64,000 bases of DNA from the human T2T-CHM13v2.0 reference genome, Homo sapiens: NCBI RefSeq assembly GCF_009914755.1, contig NC_060926.1, one strand, 5' to 3'. A model generated the notes under the pieces. That model was given only the letters and a program-made list of their open reading frames with translations, was not told where the DNA came from and did not search any database. The position numbers and the translations under genes are program-made. The stretch's first letter is position 1. Each line of letters starts with the position of its first letter. Shown one piece after another: positions 61,481 through 64,000 of the stretch.

Positions 61481-61545
61481 ACTTCACCTTTCCAGACTTA
61501 TCTCCCACATACCCCTTTCTTCCCATTTTATAGTTCAGACACCTA

Positions 61546-62320
<775 letters not shown>

Positions 62321-63051
62321 TTAATTAATTGATTTTTTTCCCAGCTTTATTGAGGTTAATTGACAAATACAAAATTTCCCCCATCATATCCCCTTCAGCA
62401 TCCCTGGCAGGGCAGGCACCCTATCTTGTTCATCTTTGCATTTTCCTCCACAAGTATTATGGTACTTAGAAAATGATCTCAAAAAATGTTAAACATCATA
62501 TGAGGAAGTGCCATTACTATATACTTTCATTAAGTATTTTCCTTTTAGCCTTCATTTACTAAAGTAATGCTCAAACCAGGATTCAAAAAAACAATGCTGT
62601 CTTCCAAGAAACAAAACAAAAACCTCATCAAAAGTGTTTTAAACTTAATCAGAACATTTTTAGTGCTATTTATAGCTTAAAATTTGCAAGCCAAGTATAC
62701 CTCACCCATCTCCCAAAATAAGCCCAAGTAAAAATGATTAGGATATTTATTAAGACCAACATAGTGTAATTACTGTTCTTTGTCTCTTTAGGTAAATTAA
62801 AAGCATAGGGGATGTCAAATATTGAAGTCACAAATAGAGTTATTCCTTGAAAGTATAAATGAACCTGCTGTTCAGCTGGAAGGCACCCACAAGGACATAC
62901 CTGCTGTTAAAATATTGAAACAGTTCCATATGGGTTGGTAACTAGCTTCAGTCTCTAAGCACTCTAAGTATCTTAAGGTCTCTTTACAAGAAACCTCCCA
63001 CATCCTAAGATCCAGCACACAAAAGATTAATATCTGACCCTATTTTGCTGA

Positions 63052-63441
<390 letters not shown>

Positions 63442-63671
63442 TAGTTGATGGCCAGGCCATATATGTCTTTAACTCTTTTGACTATCACTTCTACAAATAA
63501 GTTAACAGAAAAAAAGCGAAAAGCCATTAGCAAAGCTAACTATTCAATGATTTCCCACCCCACCACCAACTACCAAGGCTTTTTAAACTAGAAAGATCAA
63601 GAATAAGTGATAGAATTTACAGAAGACGTTAATAGAGCAATTTGAATGTGGTCATTCAACAAGCATTTACT

Positions 63672-63986
<315 letters not shown>

Positions 63987-64000
63987 TTACTAAGGAATTC

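Overview
Primate (human-type) genomic DNA, dense in Alu, L1, L2 and MIR repeats. It holds the 5' part of PLEKHM3 (PH-domain/Rubicon-homology adaptor, also called DAPR) on the minus strand. The visible parts are a CpG-island promoter with non-coding exon 1 (about 55654-55792), exon 2 (31280-32207, start ATG at 31889) and the 936-nt exon 3 (6902-7837) encoding two PH domains; the remaining exons lie beyond the left edge. Upstream of the promoter is a processed RPL9 pseudogene (about 61546-62250, minus strand). The introns carry a U6 retrocopy, a MADE1 hairpin, Tigger2a, MER2 and MER1B DNA transposons, THE1 and MLT1 LTRs, and about 40 Alus. Most notable: (1) the U6 retrocopy is a TSD-flanked chimera whose 3' part is a copy of sequence about 850 bp away in the same intron; (2) exon 3 is phase-symmetric, stop-free, a multiple of 3 and bracketed by inverted Alus, so its circRNA would be an endless ORF; (3) the 5' leader holds up to six uORFs, including an adjacent TGA-ATG stop/start; (4) there are several small, locally templated duplications and a site re-used by successive retrotransposon insertions. 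All calls were made by eye. Repeat subfamily names and many repeat boundaries are approximate.
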